64,000 nt of DNA from positions 17,853,648 through 17,917,647 of the forward strand of contig NC_092673.1 of NCBI RefSeq assembly GCF_964355755.1. The letters are read 5' to 3'. A program made the translations under genes and the position numbers. The stretch is from Antedon mediterranea (taxonomy: Eukaryota > Animalia > Echinodermata). The notes beneath the pieces are model-generated. The model was not told the DNA's origin, ran no database searches, and was given only the letters and a program-made list of their open reading frames with translations. Below are positions 1 to 14,500 of this stretch, one piece after another; within the stretch, counting starts at the first letter, position 1; every line of letters starts with the position of its first letter.

Positions 1-1344
1 GAATGCGTTGTGATTTTTGCAATTAATTCTGTCCTGTACTGTAGTTCTGTATTTCCGATGCGTGTAGTAGTACCCTATTTATCTTCATTTCCGTACGTTC
101 GTAAATATTAGGCCGAATTTCCGTAGTAATTTATAGACGTTCCGAAATTTGAACCGTGTTATGCGGGTAGTAGAGCAAAGTTTTCTTCTTTCTGCAAATG
201 TCCTATCATTATTTTCTTTGTTTTATTTGGAGTGTGGTTTAAAACAACACTTTTGTAAAGTTTATAGTGGATAAATAGAAATGAATTTTTGGAAATTGTG
301 GTTTTAACATCTGACTTTATTTAGCATTTTTAAATGAATTAAAATTCCAAATTATACAATTTAACCTTTTGCTCAATATATTTATAGCAACAGCTTCATA
401 TTTTTTGTATAACTTTTTAAAATTATTAATTGATAATTAATTTACATTAATTGAGTACAGTTATTAGAATGTATTACCGTACCAAAAGTACTATCATTGG
501 GGACTTACCCGTGACGTTCGCATTGAACGAAAAAAAAATTTATCATGAATTTTACGTGCGAGAGTACCATTTGCGGCCATATAGGGGTGTCATTTAACAA
601 TTTGCTTGCTCAAATACTCAGTGTCTACAGCCCTGGAGTCTTTGGGCAACCCTCTTAAAATAGTCCTGCGACCGCCCCTGATAGCTCTATCTATATTTAT
701 TTACAGCAATTTGTTGAGGAAACTAAATATATCAATGTAAATAGGTGGTATTGCTACAGTTGAGTAGGCCTACGTATCGGCTGGTGGTCTAGAACAAAAT
801 AATCGAATGCTATAATGTAAACTACAGTACATGATACCATAGACATTATAGTGTAATATATTAATATTCACTATAATCCTCTATGATGATGATACACTAT
901 ACTTCATAGCCACACATACATATTGTAGGTAACCACAGCGTTCCATTTTTTTATGTACGTCGGAAGGCTATATACTTTATGCATGCTGACTGCCAGTGAT
1001 CGAAACAATAGGTACGCGGTTGTCTAGCTGTGTCCTTTGTACGATTCGTTGTGCCCAAGCTCGCGCCAATATCATGTTACATCCTGGGACCAAAAATTTG
1101 TATTATTTTTCAGGCGAAAATCGGCAACCAATTCATTTGTATTCACGAACGAGTTTACAAATTTTTAAATTTACAAATAACCTTTTGTATTGTGGGGCAC
1201 GTATTTGGAGGATTTTCAGAGATGAGAGTGGTGAGGTATTGGGGATGTTGTGGATGGGGTTTCGCAGTGGGTTAGGGGGGGGGGGGGTTCGCTGTAAAGG
1301 GGGTTCGCCCGAACCATAAAAACCCCCCCTGGCTACAGGCCTGC

Positions 1345-2468
1345 ATGGATTACAGATTTTCTTTCAAATCGACGCCAAAGGGTTATTTACGGAGGAGAAG
1401 GTCAGAGTGGGTAAATGTTACTTCAGGGGTACCACAAGGGTCAGTTTTGGGCCCTTTTTTATTTTTGATTTACGTAAGTGATATTGTAAATAATATTTCT
1501 TCTTCACTTTTTCAATTTGCTGTTGATCACACATTATCACGTCCTATTTATAACAATAATGATTGTAAATTGCTTCAAAAGGATTTAAATTTAATTGCTA
1601 AATGGGCAAATGTAAACAAACTTCCCTTAAATCCTGTCAAGTGCACCGTAATGCGCATGTTACAAGATGTAAAGAGATCGTTAACTGGGATTATACCATA
1701 GAATCAGACAATATTCCTAAAGTTACAGAATTCAAATTTCTAGGTGTGTATGTAAATAGTTCGTTGTCTTATCATACACAAGTTATATGTTGTAAAGCAA
1801 GCAGATTGCTTGGTTTCATTTCAAAATGTAGTAAAAATATGTCCTGGTTAGCTATGTTGAACTTATACAAAGCTCTATTACTTCCAGTGGTTACCTACTG
1901 TTGTTCAATGTGGGCACCATTTGAGAAATCATATATTAATAGAATAGAAAGTATACAAAGGAAAGCAACAAGGATAATAATGTTTAGAAAGGAAGGTTCC
2001 TGGGACACATCTTATTTTCATAGGTTGAAAGTGCTTGAATTATTATCTATTGATTGTTTAAATTACATAGACTTTCATTAGGATTTAAGGTGTTGAAAGG
2101 TTACTGTCCCCATTCTTTCAATGAGTATAATATTAAGACTAGTGAAAGATGTCCGGGTAGGCTTTTACGTTGGAATTCGAAAGGCAATATTTTTCATAAT
2201 TCTGTATTTGTTTCCTTTCCTAGACTATGGGAGCAAATACCAAATGACATAAAAGATTCACAAACAATTTCAATATTTAAGGCTGCTTTAACAAAACACT
2301 ATATTTCATGTTATGTATAGTTTATTTGTATTTTTCTTGTTTATGGTTTTATCTTAACTGTTTGTATTGTATGGAGTGAGTGCAGAATCTGTTTGGGCTT
2401 TAGCCTATTCTCATTTCTGGTTATTTTTACATTGATGACCGAATAAATATTATTATTATTATTATTAT
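1345..2468 (+). mobile_element. 5'-truncated, frameshifted CR1/L2-group LINE (RT C-terminal part and 3' tail)
   Basis: Three overlapping ORF pieces: SGVPQGSVLGPFLFLIYVSD, a degenerate YADD motif (FAVD), FKFLGV, IESIQRKATR, PRLWEQIP. Ends in AATAAA followed by (ATT)n. Confidence 0.9.
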
Positions 2469-2580
2469 AATTAATGAATATATAAAATGGTTTTGAAGTA
2501 AAAGGAGAAAAGTGCATGTTTTACAGTACCTGTACTTAAAATGACTGAAGTTCATAGTTGGTTTCAAATATTTTTGCCAG

Positions 2581-5500
2581 ATTTGAGGAAAAGCATGTAG
2601 TTACAGATGGCATAGCCGTGATAAGAACAGCAAGCACAACATGGAAAGAGGCTAATGCTGATAGTGGTAAACATGAATACAAATTAGCATATTACTCTTC
2701 CCATCATAACTGGCTATGTAACATTATTTATTATTTATCATTAATCTCATTATCATAGACACAAACAGGCCCACAATGAAACGGAGGTGTAGAATGGAAT
2801 TCAATAAATGTATACAACCGTAGTACTGTATGGTGTGAACGGTCTTATTTTCACATACATTATACTAATACAATTGTTATGATCTCTTAGCACGCAAGCT
2901 ATGTTACAGTGTTTGATGATGTATTGTAATTTTACATTAATTAATCAATAAGTTTGACAGTTGTCCAAAGTATACTTACGTATTAATGTATCTGCTAAAA
3001 TAATATGTGCACACTGTCTTTTTTTCCCACAGGTAATCCTTCAAATCAGTATACAAAAATGGTCACTGACAAACTGAGAGCAAGGAAAACTGTAAGCATA
3101 ATGTCAATAATAGTGTAATAAAACATAAAATAAATAAAATATAAGTACCTACAGCACATTCCTACTATTGCAAACCAGTCACTTACAGAATGCAATGAGA
3201 CATTATGAGCAGCTATTTTAATGTTTTAAATTTCTAATTATTGTTTTGAGAATAAATATTACTTTTTATTTCTATTAAAGGTAGACAGTATTCAATATTT
3301 GATGAATATGTGTCAGGTTAACATGAAACCATCTACAGAAGATGATGATGGTATTGTTAACTACAATATTGATGACAACAATGATGATTACAAAAATGAT
3401 GGTATGTAACTTTTCCGTAAATTCTTATCTATTACATTTTGTAGTAAAAACACTAATAAATAAGTCTTATATTATGAGTTGGCAATTTTTCATAGTTATT
3501 TGAAATAATTAAGATAATATTATAAGATTTTCTAATTTAAAGTAACTAAATAACTATAACATTATTAAAATTATGTGCTCAGATTTAGAGGCAACCTATC
3601 TGTGTAAAAATTATGGTCACATAATTTTCTACTATGATAATGACAACTATAATTAACTATAACTTGGAGACGAAATATCATCTGTGTAACAATTATGATT
3701 GACAGTCATACATTTCTAGACAGTGAAAACAAAAGTTATAATGATGACATTAAAAATGAAAAACAAGGATGAAAATAATAATGATAATGATGACGTGTTA
3801 GATATTAATAATGGTGAAGCCTGCATCTATGTGGTAGTGGGTGGTGACTTTAGCAATGATGATGATAATGAAAATTACAACAAAGAGGACAACTAAAACA
3901 ATACTCATAATATATATATTAATATACTGGGACTTAAATTTGTCATTAAAAATGAAATCATTTGCATATTTTTTATATTACTTGTATGTAAAAAAGCTTG
4001 TTTCCACTACAGGTACTGATACAGCTACTAAAGCTGTTCCATTTGATACAGAACAGCAGTTTGATAAGAATGTAATCAAGAAAGTTGAGAAAAATAAAGA
4101 AGAGACTTTGGAAGAAACATTCAACATCTGGGATCATGGAGGTCAAATGATATACCATGGTATACATCGGGTAAGTTATAATATATGTTATTGCCTTGTA
4201 AGTTGATATTTTATTGTTTAAATACTTTCTACACATTTCTATAATAAACAGCCAGTTAAAAAGATAACATAATTGGTTTCATTCTAAGAGCGCTATATCA
4301 AATTTGTAATGTAATGTAATAATAACATAATTGTATGGCCAAGGTATAGTTTGCCTTTTTCTCCATTCAGTAATTGTAATCCAATGGTTAGTGCTTATAT
4401 AAAATGTTGATATATTACAAATTTTCTATAAAAACAAGGCAAGTATTTTTATTAATTAAATTATTTTCTTCAGTTTTCAATCATAATTGATTTTAGCCAC
4501 ATTGTTTATGAATTTGTACCAGAGAAATAATTTATATACTTTATATATTAGAGACCACTACAGAATAAATTGTACTTGTTCATAGGCCTTTAAGAATATT
4601 AATCGAATATTTGAATAACAAGCACATTATTTTTTCCAGATCTTCGTAACATCAGAAGCACTTTACATCGTAGTGTTTGATCTCAGTGTGAACCTCGAAG
4701 ATCGTGCTATCGTCATTGATCCTAATGGCGTAAGTATTGTAAGACTAATTAAGGTATTGTAGTTGAAAAAGCACTTACTTTTTTTTAAAGTAATTTTGTT
4801 TTGATTTTGTTTTTTTTGTTTTTTTCAGAAAAAGCATCAACATCATTGGACCAATCTCCAGTTCATATTATCTTACATCCTGTCAGTTTATTCTCATAGT
4901 CGTATTGTGAAAGAAGATGCAAAGAATGAAGTTAACAAACCAACTATCCTTATTGTGGGTACACATAAGGGTAAGCTTGGCGAGACTGAAAAAGAACAAA
5001 ATGATGAGGTAATATCTATTTCTAGCCACAATCAGGTATTACTGCTCCATAAATTTAAAGAAACTGAACTAGAATACTTTATTAAACAACTTTATCAGGC
5101 ATATAATATAAACGGTTTTTAAATGATAAAAATATTATTTTAAATATATGACAGTATATGACTAATGTGCTCATTACATAATATATATTTTCTACATTTT
5201 TATAAACTTTTTACAACCAGGCAAATATAATTTTTGAGAAGGTTCAAGATGTTCTTAGAGGGAAACTGTATGAAGAACATATATATCAATATTTTGCCAT
5301 TGAAAACAGCCGAGAAACAACAGATAAAAGCTTTAGTGATCTCAAAGAGGTTATTGAGAAACTTATGAAAGCTTTAGAAAAAGATATTCCTTTAAAGTGG
5401 ATGCGTTTTCGATGTGATCTTCATGACCTCAGAAGGAAAAGACATTTTTCTTTGTGTCCTTTAGAAGAGGTAAACTTTATTTTGTAACCACATTAATAAT

Positions 5501-8500
5501 CTTACTTTAAGCATTAGAACTTAATTAATACTTTCATTAACCATGTTCTGCCACAGTGTATTAATCAGAGGAACTCCACACCCAAATGTATAGAAACTCA
5601 GATTTCAAGATCTGAGTTTTCTAGTTTCATTCTGACCACTGAAATGGACCGATCCATTATTAATCAGAGGGATTGTAAAAATACTTTATACCTTTTTATA
5701 AATATTTAATTGCAGTATTACCGTTATATGATTTGCAACATTTTATTAATTTAATAATTTTTATCTGATCATAAAGTAATAATATTTCAAATAACTTATC
5801 CTCTGATTAATAATGGATTGGTCCATTTAAGTGGTTTGAGTTTTCTTACAGCAGAATGAAACTAGAAAACTCAGATGTTGAAATCAGAGTTTTCTATACA
5901 TTCATCTCAAAAGTACAACAATAAAATAGACATGAGAAACAAACATTACCACATGGTGACCTGTAATGTTACTCTTTCATATTGAAATATGGTATATAGT
6001 ACTGATTAATCTAAATTGAATATATGATGATGTAAGTAAAAATGAATATAAGGAATATGAATATGTGGAAAAGAAAGTAATCTAATAACCTTGCAATATA
6101 GATAGATAGATAGAAATCTTTCTTTATTCTGGATATTCATTCAATATTTGTACATTGTTCTTCCTTGAAGTCCAGTTAACACTTACAAATTACAAATATA
6201 AACAAGAAAAAATGGAAAATTATGAAAACGTTTTTAAAGACTACAATATCACAAGAGGCAAGAGAAAAAAACCAGTTAGATCAAATTTTTAAACGATTGC
6301 AAAGTTAATGAATTTATAGAGCTGCGAATATCTGGTGAAAGATATTCCAGAGTTTGACTGAGCGGTATTGAAATGTTCTTTTACCAGAATCATTATGCCA
6401 TTTTGGTAAGACTAAAGTGTTTTTCGATTTGCTTCTTGTATTTAAATTATGATAATTATCATATTTCAGCTCTACACTGAAATACCAAAAAATGTTGTCC
6501 ATGTAACATTTCATGCTAAAAATACAAAATTAACGTTGTTAATAAATGTATCTCTACCATGTTATAAAAACTGAATATCATTTCCTATTTAACTATTTTT
6601 TAAAAATCTAATATTATAACCATTATTTCTAGCTCAAAATGCTGGCAACTAAGAATGGTATTGAAAAAGAACAATCGGTACTGCTGAACTTCCTGTATGA
6701 TCTTGGTGAAATTGTTTACATGCCTGACAACAAATTATTAAAAGATAAAGCAGTGTTAGATCCGATGCAGCTGGTTGAAATTGTTACTGCTTTTGTAACG
6801 GTCATTCCACCAAAGTTTCCAGTAAGTACAGTAGGCCATGTAATATTTCAAATGGTAAATATGTGTTTGTGGTGTCACTCCTATGCAAGTTCGGTGCAGT
6901 TCCTTGTGAAAACATTATTTTTGATCATAGTACTTAAGAATTCTTTTTTTGGTATAGAAGCCTGCATTTAGGAGACTTGACAAGGGCATATTGGAAGAAA
7001 AGTTGTTGCGAAAATTATGGAAAGAGCGTAAAGTTGACGAAGGAAAGAATTTTGAGTTCCTTGTGGCACTGATGATTCAATTAGGTTTCATTTGTGAAAA
7101 GACGACGACCAGCAGCCAAGATGTGGCAAGTACATCTACAGTAGGTTTTATTCAGTTATCTTTTTTAACATGTTATATTTTGTATGCAAGATTGTGTAAA
7201 AAATAATTTTTTTGGGATGATACATACTTTTTAATTAATTAATTAAATTTTACATAAAATTTCAAAATATTTGTAGAGGTATGACATATTCTGGTTAAAC
7301 TTTCTGCTGAAGATGTTTTTAACATGTACAGGAAATGATTTTCGTTTTCTTATTAAAAGAAATTTAAATGGCATTTTACAAATCAACAATTTCAGGAATG
7401 TGTTGGAAAGCGATCATTCTTTGTGCCATTACGCCTTGCTTTCAAGACATCAACTGAAGTGGAACCAATGCCTGATGAATTTCCAGCTATCAGTATCTAT
7501 TACGACTTTAAGGGATATCTGCCAGATGTATTGTTTCCATATATGATTATTGATTTCCTCAACAAATTTCAAAAGAAAGGCGATGACCCAATACTCTTGT
7601 ATAATCATGCTGAACTTTACTTCGACCAAGATCATCATGTGACCTTATCTCTTGTCAAATTTGTGACTACGGACGAGGAGGATGAAAGAAAGTTCTTGTT
7701 AAAGGTACTGTATCATATAATTTCTTGTGATTTAGTCATTTAATCTAAACATAAACTTAAATTCAGATACCAAAACATTACTTTTCTTCTTTTTTAGGTG
7801 ACTATTAAAAGAACAAATGCTCCTAATGAAGCAAGTAATTTAGAACCCTCTTCTGAAGCATGTAAAGAAGTATGTTATTTCAGTTTATATCAGTTTTTAA
7901 AACTATATGATTTTTTATAGATATTTTTGTTGATTTGATTTTTTTGTAATTATGACATAGTTTAAAATAACTTAAATATTTAAAATCACGTTTGTGTAGT
8001 TTACTTGATGTGTAATATAATTTGTAATTTTTATTGATATACATTATTAATTGAATATTAAATTGATTATTGACAATTGATAAAAACATTACATCTTTAA
8101 CAAATAAATGATATAATCTTAATATTATATAAATTTAAAATACAAACAACTTAAAGTACAGTTATCAAAGCTAGTTTATAAGTGATTTTCACTGAAATGA
8201 AATTTTTATATGGTCATGAATCTTGGCCTCAATGCCTGCAATTAAAACTTTATAAACAATAATGAGGTTTATTGTATGGTGACAAGATTTTGTTACATTT
8301 GTGACAAACTAGGTAAAATGTCGATAGTAGTGATAATTCACCTTATATTTGTATTTTAGGAATTTATTTCAATTATTATTGTTTTACTTTTTCCTTTATA
8401 ACTATTTTGTATTGTAAATGTTTAGTGAACATTTTAAAAATGTGTGCTACATTGTTTAAGTGTTAATTGCATGTTTTTGGATATTTACCTTTATATCTTT

Positions 8501-11500
8501 AGGTTTTGTTAACGATCCAGAAGTCATTTGCACCTACTAAAGATGGTGGTAGAAGAGGGATTCAATTCGAGAGATGCATACTTTGTGATGTATGTAGTGA
8601 TACATCAGAAAAGAAACACATTCAAAATCTTGATGATTTCCAGGACGAGAAGTTGCCATGCTCCAAAACTGGCACGTATATGAGTATGGATGTTACACGT
8701 TACAAGCGGCTATTTGGAGGTAAGAATAAAAACAAAGACAGACAAGTTCGATTTTATTTCACTGATATATTTACTACTAGTACTACAACCATGTGTATGC
8801 GAATTAGGTGTAATGGTTATGTAATCAGCCTTTCAACTAACAATAGTTTCAGTTGACTAATAATAGAACAGCAACGCCAAAAACAAACGGGTGAATTTGA
8901 AAATAATCATCAACAAACTTGTACATTAAATCTAATTATGTTTTAAAATTACAAATCACATATTATAACTGTTGCCTCTTGTACAAAAGAAAGTTTTTTG
9001 GACAAGTAGTTCTCGAGAAAATGCAATTTCAGTTTACTCAATACTTTAAGACTGTTCGCTGGCTTTTGAAAACACTAGCAGGTCTGAAAATAATTTTAAA
9101 AAGTTGTCCAGAATTGGGACCGTGGTCCGGATTGCCTCCAAAATTTAATGGAAAGATTTTGGGAAAGATCTTGTAATTACTTTTTGAGTAATCCTGCTAA
9201 CAAACAAACAAACAAACAGACAGACAGACACACGCGATTGACTACATATACCTCCTTGGCGGAGGTAAATAATAAAATTTATGTAAACCGATAAAATGTG
9301 GGGAAAAACCTAAATATACTAGTACTAGTACTATGATAAGAGGAATTAATATATCACAGTTAACAGCAGCATTTCACCTAACTCATATTTCATCATATGG
9401 CAATACAATTACGTAATGCATATAGCGCTTAACATTTTCAAAATTGATTTTGGATGAAATTGGAGTACGTTTCAGGCAATTTTAAGCGTTTAAAAAATTG
9501 CCATTAGTGCGCAGATTTTTCACAAGCCTTTATTTTAATAATTTCATCATATTTTATTCAACTCGAAATTGCGTAATACAAGCACCTCAAAAAGGACAGG
9601 CTAGGCACGTGTAAGTTAACAAAATGGTGCAAATATGCCAAGCTTTATAATTAATATAGGTCGTTTGAATTCTCGGGAACACCCATTTTGCATTTCATTT
9701 TCTTAAAGTGTATGTATCATATGTATGATTTATTATGAAATTAAGTCATCACTATATTGCATATTAAATTTAAAAAAATTAATTTTGACAATCAAACAAA
9801 TTATGACATTTTCTTGGGCCGAAATAACAAACTAAACATTAACTTTCTTCCGTAAATATACTTTTAGTCAGTTGCATGGCTCGGTGGTCTGTGCTCGTGT
9901 CTATGACATTCAAGGTACCGAGATCGAGTTTCACCTTGGGGACGAAACGAAATAAGACTTTTTTTATATCCGTATTGTTTGTTCAATTTTATTTCTTAGT
10001 GTATAGATTATACACATGATTTATAATGAAATCTAGATAAAAAGTAACTTGTATCTTTATTATTATGTAACAAATGTGGTCTATGACATTATACGCAGAG
10101 GGATATTGATTGGATTGTGATATTGTACTATCAGAATCATTATTGATAATCTATACATTGTTACAACATGCTGCTATTAGCTGTGATATCTTCATTCCTC
10201 TTACCAGTAGTAGTACTATCAGAATCATTATTGATAATCTATACATTGTTACAACATGCTGCTATTAGCTGTGATATCTTCATTCCTCTTACCTTAAAAA
10301 AAGCTATACAAAACAACCTTATTGCTACACATTTTGAAAATTGTGTAGCAAAAAATACAATACAAAACTATGTTTCTCGACTTAAAAATCAGTTTGATTA
10401 GCAATATTGCTAAACAAAATTGTTAAATGAAAATTTTCCCTGTCAGTAGTAGTACTATCAGAATCATTATTGATAATCTATACATTGTTACAACATGCTG
10501 CTATTAGCTGTAATATCTTCATTCCTCTTACCAGTAGTAGTACTATCAGAATCATTATTGATAATCTATACATTGTTACAACATGCTGCTATTAGCTGTG
10601 ATATCTTCATTCCTCTTACCAGTAGTAGTACTATCAGAATCATTATTGATAATCTATACATTGTTATAACATGCTGATATTAGCTGTGATATCTTCATTC
10701 CTCTTACCAGTAGTAGTACTATCAGAATCATTATTGATAATCTATACATTGTTACAACATGCTGCTATTAGCTGTGATATCTTCATTCCTCTAATACCAG
10801 TAGTAGTACTATCAGAATCATTATTGATAATCTATACATTGTTACAACATGCTGCTATTTAGCTGTGATATCTTCATTCAGTAGTAGTAGTAGTAGTAGA
10901 ATCATTATTGATAATCTATATATTGTTACAACATGCTGCTATTAGCTGTGATATCTTCACTCCTCTTACCTGTAGTAGTACTATCAGAATCATTATTGAT
11001 AATCTACACATTGTTACAACATGCTGCTATTAGCTGTGATATCTTTATTCCTCTTACCAGTAGTAGTACTAGTAGAATCATTATTGATAATCTCTACTTA
11101 GTTAAAATATTAAAATATTAACAATCTATTGTTAATGTCAAGATAGTTAAAATTAAAAAATGTGAATGTTGGAGGTTCAATATTATAAAACTATTTATTT
11201 TTTTTATTTGACAAGAGTTTAATATGTTGGCTATTAAGTTTGAATCTAACTAGGATGCAACACAAAAATGTAGGCACAACAAGTAATTTGACCAATGACA
11301 AGTGAATAAGCTCAGATGAGCTGTGCATTGCATCTTGGTGTGCATCCATGAGATACTTTGCTAATGTTCATGTGATGTGCCCACATATGGACATGATGAT
11401 GATATGTTTGATACTTTTTATACTTCTCCTGAAAATGACAAACTTAAATATATTTTGGGATACTCAGATAATTTAATTGATGAAGAGTGTGAAAATATTT

Positions 11501-14500
11501 TGGATAGTTTTTGTAAAAGATACCTAAAACAAGCATGGCAATTTCGAAATGATTCACTGAATTCCATGACTCAATAACTATGTTATCTACATTGCTACAT
11601 TAAGTAAATTGAAAAAAAAGTGGGGGGGGGGGGGAGAGGAGTTGGGGGTTTTTCGTAATAAGCTGTGTTTATCAGCTGATTTTATTTTATTTTATACACT
11701 TTTACTATATCTTGTTTTGTATTCATTGTGTAAAGTAATGATCTACTGTATGTATCGATGTAAATTGGGGGGGGGGGGTAGGATAGGGGTTGATAGTTGC
11801 TTTTGCCTTTTTTTACTTTTCTGTTAATTGTTATATTTTATATTGTGAAGGATGCACCTTTGTGCTAAGTGTGCCACCGATCTAAAGGTGTAATTCCAAA
11901 TAAATAAATATATGATGTCATATCAATACCATATTTGGGCATATCACTCATATTTGGGCACATCACACTTTTTTTGTCAGACACGTTTGATAGTGTAAAC
12001 AGAGTTTTAGTATTAATGCACTACTTTCTTAATGATCAAATCTCAATCATCCAGTGTAAAAGTGCCATGTATATAAACAAATCCTAACGTACTTTAAACA
12101 TATACTTCTCATTTTTATCATTTTTAGGCAGTAGTGATGAGGATGAAAGAGAAGGAACATCACGGAGTCACCAACAAAGTGAAGGTAAGATACTAGTAGA
12201 TAAAGATAGTGATATTGTGGAACAATATTCCTGATCCTATTAAAAATGCATCCACTATCTATTTCAAAACCCATCTTTTTTCTTTGTAATTTCTTTCTGT
12301 TTCTTCTCTCAGCGCTTTGGGACAATCTTTTGATTGTGTAAGCGCTTTATAAATCGAACAACACACACACACACATAATGATGATGAACAAGATTATAAT
12401 AATTTTAAATTAAAAAGTTGGTTATAATGATGATGATAATATACTCTCTCTAAAATTTATGATCATATTATTATAGCACCAAGAATATAATGTTGATTAT
12501 TAAGTTTAAAACTAGACTTGAAAGTGATTTGTGCAAACCCAAAAAAAAAATGTTTGTGAAAATTTGTAATGTTCAAGATTTGTGGTTATTTTGTACATGT
12601 TTGAGTTTTTGCGACGATAGCTTTCCATATATGATTGCATCAAATTACGATAGTACTGTACTTACACCAAATGTATAATTGTTTATGGTCATCATGGTCT
12701 AGATGGCAAAGACAATTAGACTCATGTAACAGATGATCGGGTCTAGGCTAGCCTATAGCTAGTACACGGTGGTTTCGAATATAGTAACTATGGACATAAA
12801 GTGTGTTTTCAACGCGCTTTTATTTTTTACGCTAACCAAAGCCTTTGTTGTTAAGGTTTTGCACGCTTGACTGAACGCGAGAGCCTAGCGAACATCGCTG
12901 AGATAGCGATAATTACTAAGCTAGTAAATTAAACGTTACAATCATAATATGAAATATTAACAACAAATAATAATATTTGCAAGTAAATATATTAGTTTTA
13001 CAACAAGCCATGAAGTAATACTTCAAATTATGCAATATTATTTCAGTTATTAGTAAAAATAGTACGACTGTTTTAACGATCGTACTCGATAGAATTGTAA
13101 ATAAATAGCGCCCTCAATAAAAAGCGCAAAGTACCGTACACTCATCGTCTGATATCTGTCGAACGTAGTCACTTCACCGAAAACTGACTGTTCAACGATC
13201 ATTTTCAATATTTATTCTTTCACCGTTTAAGTTTTCGTTTTGACGTAAAAACTGGTTAGAGCTCTACACACCTGGTAAATAAGACTACTTTTTTAACTCT
13301 AACGACAATTGATGTGGGTATTTTGGCATATTAAGATGCCCAGCCAGAGAAAGAAACACTGAACTACCTGTACTGTTCATAAAACTTTATTTACATTATC
13401 ATTTTACTGTATTTCATTGTATTATTTTTGTTGTGTAAATAAATTGCTGATTACAAAAATTACATAATTAATTAGGCCTAGGGCCTACAAATAATACTAA
13501 TTATGGATTTCCATTCTGAATCTTTATTAAATATTTGTAGAATTTGTGGAATAAAATTCAAAATTTCTGACCGAAAATATGAACTTAAAAGCATCAAAAC
13601 ACAAACTTTAAATTTTCTAAACATTAAAATTGTTGAAGAAGATAAAAATGTTCATCCATCATATGTTTGTCATACTTGTCAATCAGCTGCATACAAACAA
13701 ACGACATTAATTACACCTTATATCTGGAGACAACACGATGATTTACCGTGCACAGCTTGTTATCTTTATGAAAATCAACAGAAACAAGGTCACAGGATAA
13801 ATTTCAATAAAACAACTTTCATGCAAGATTTAAAATTCAATTCATTAACTGAGCAATTCACCCTTTATGACCAATCAGCACTGTCTTTGTTTCAATGTTC
13901 TATTTGTAAACATATTCTGTCGCTTGATAATGTAGAAACTCAGTGTTCCCACCATTTTTGTATGTACTGTCTCTGTCAATTGTTCTGTACTCTTCGACTA
14001 CGTACATTCCCATGTTTTGCCTGTGCGTCACCGATAACATTTGAACGTGACATGAAAAAACCATCATTACTGGTACAACAATCTTTGCAAACGGTTGAAT
14101 TGCAATGTCGGTTGTGTGGAAAATGTCTGAAGTACAACGAGTGCAGTCAGCATAAATGCACAACAGAGGCTGAGCAACGGTATAATGCTGTAACCAATGC
14201 AATTAAGACCATAAACAAGGAAATTGTTGGCGAGAAGGTACCCGAACCTGTCCAGCAATTTGCAAGGAAGTTGGTATCCAAATCACTAAAACAAACGAAA
14301 AAAATTGAGTTACCAACAAATGGAAGGGTAAGTTATTTTTTTTAGAAAGCCAACATTTTTCACAAAACCACTGTACCAAAGTACAGAGATTTTATTGAAT
14401 AATGGGCAAATCAAATGAACCTAAAAATTATATATAATAGTATATATATTTTAGACATATTTTTAAAAACTGACCATCAATGCGGGGTGTTTTGTTACCG

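Noticed and set aside
10168-11121. Hydrophobic MLLLAVISS... ORFs as secreted peptides
   Set aside because: They are translations of the 88-bp minisatellite.
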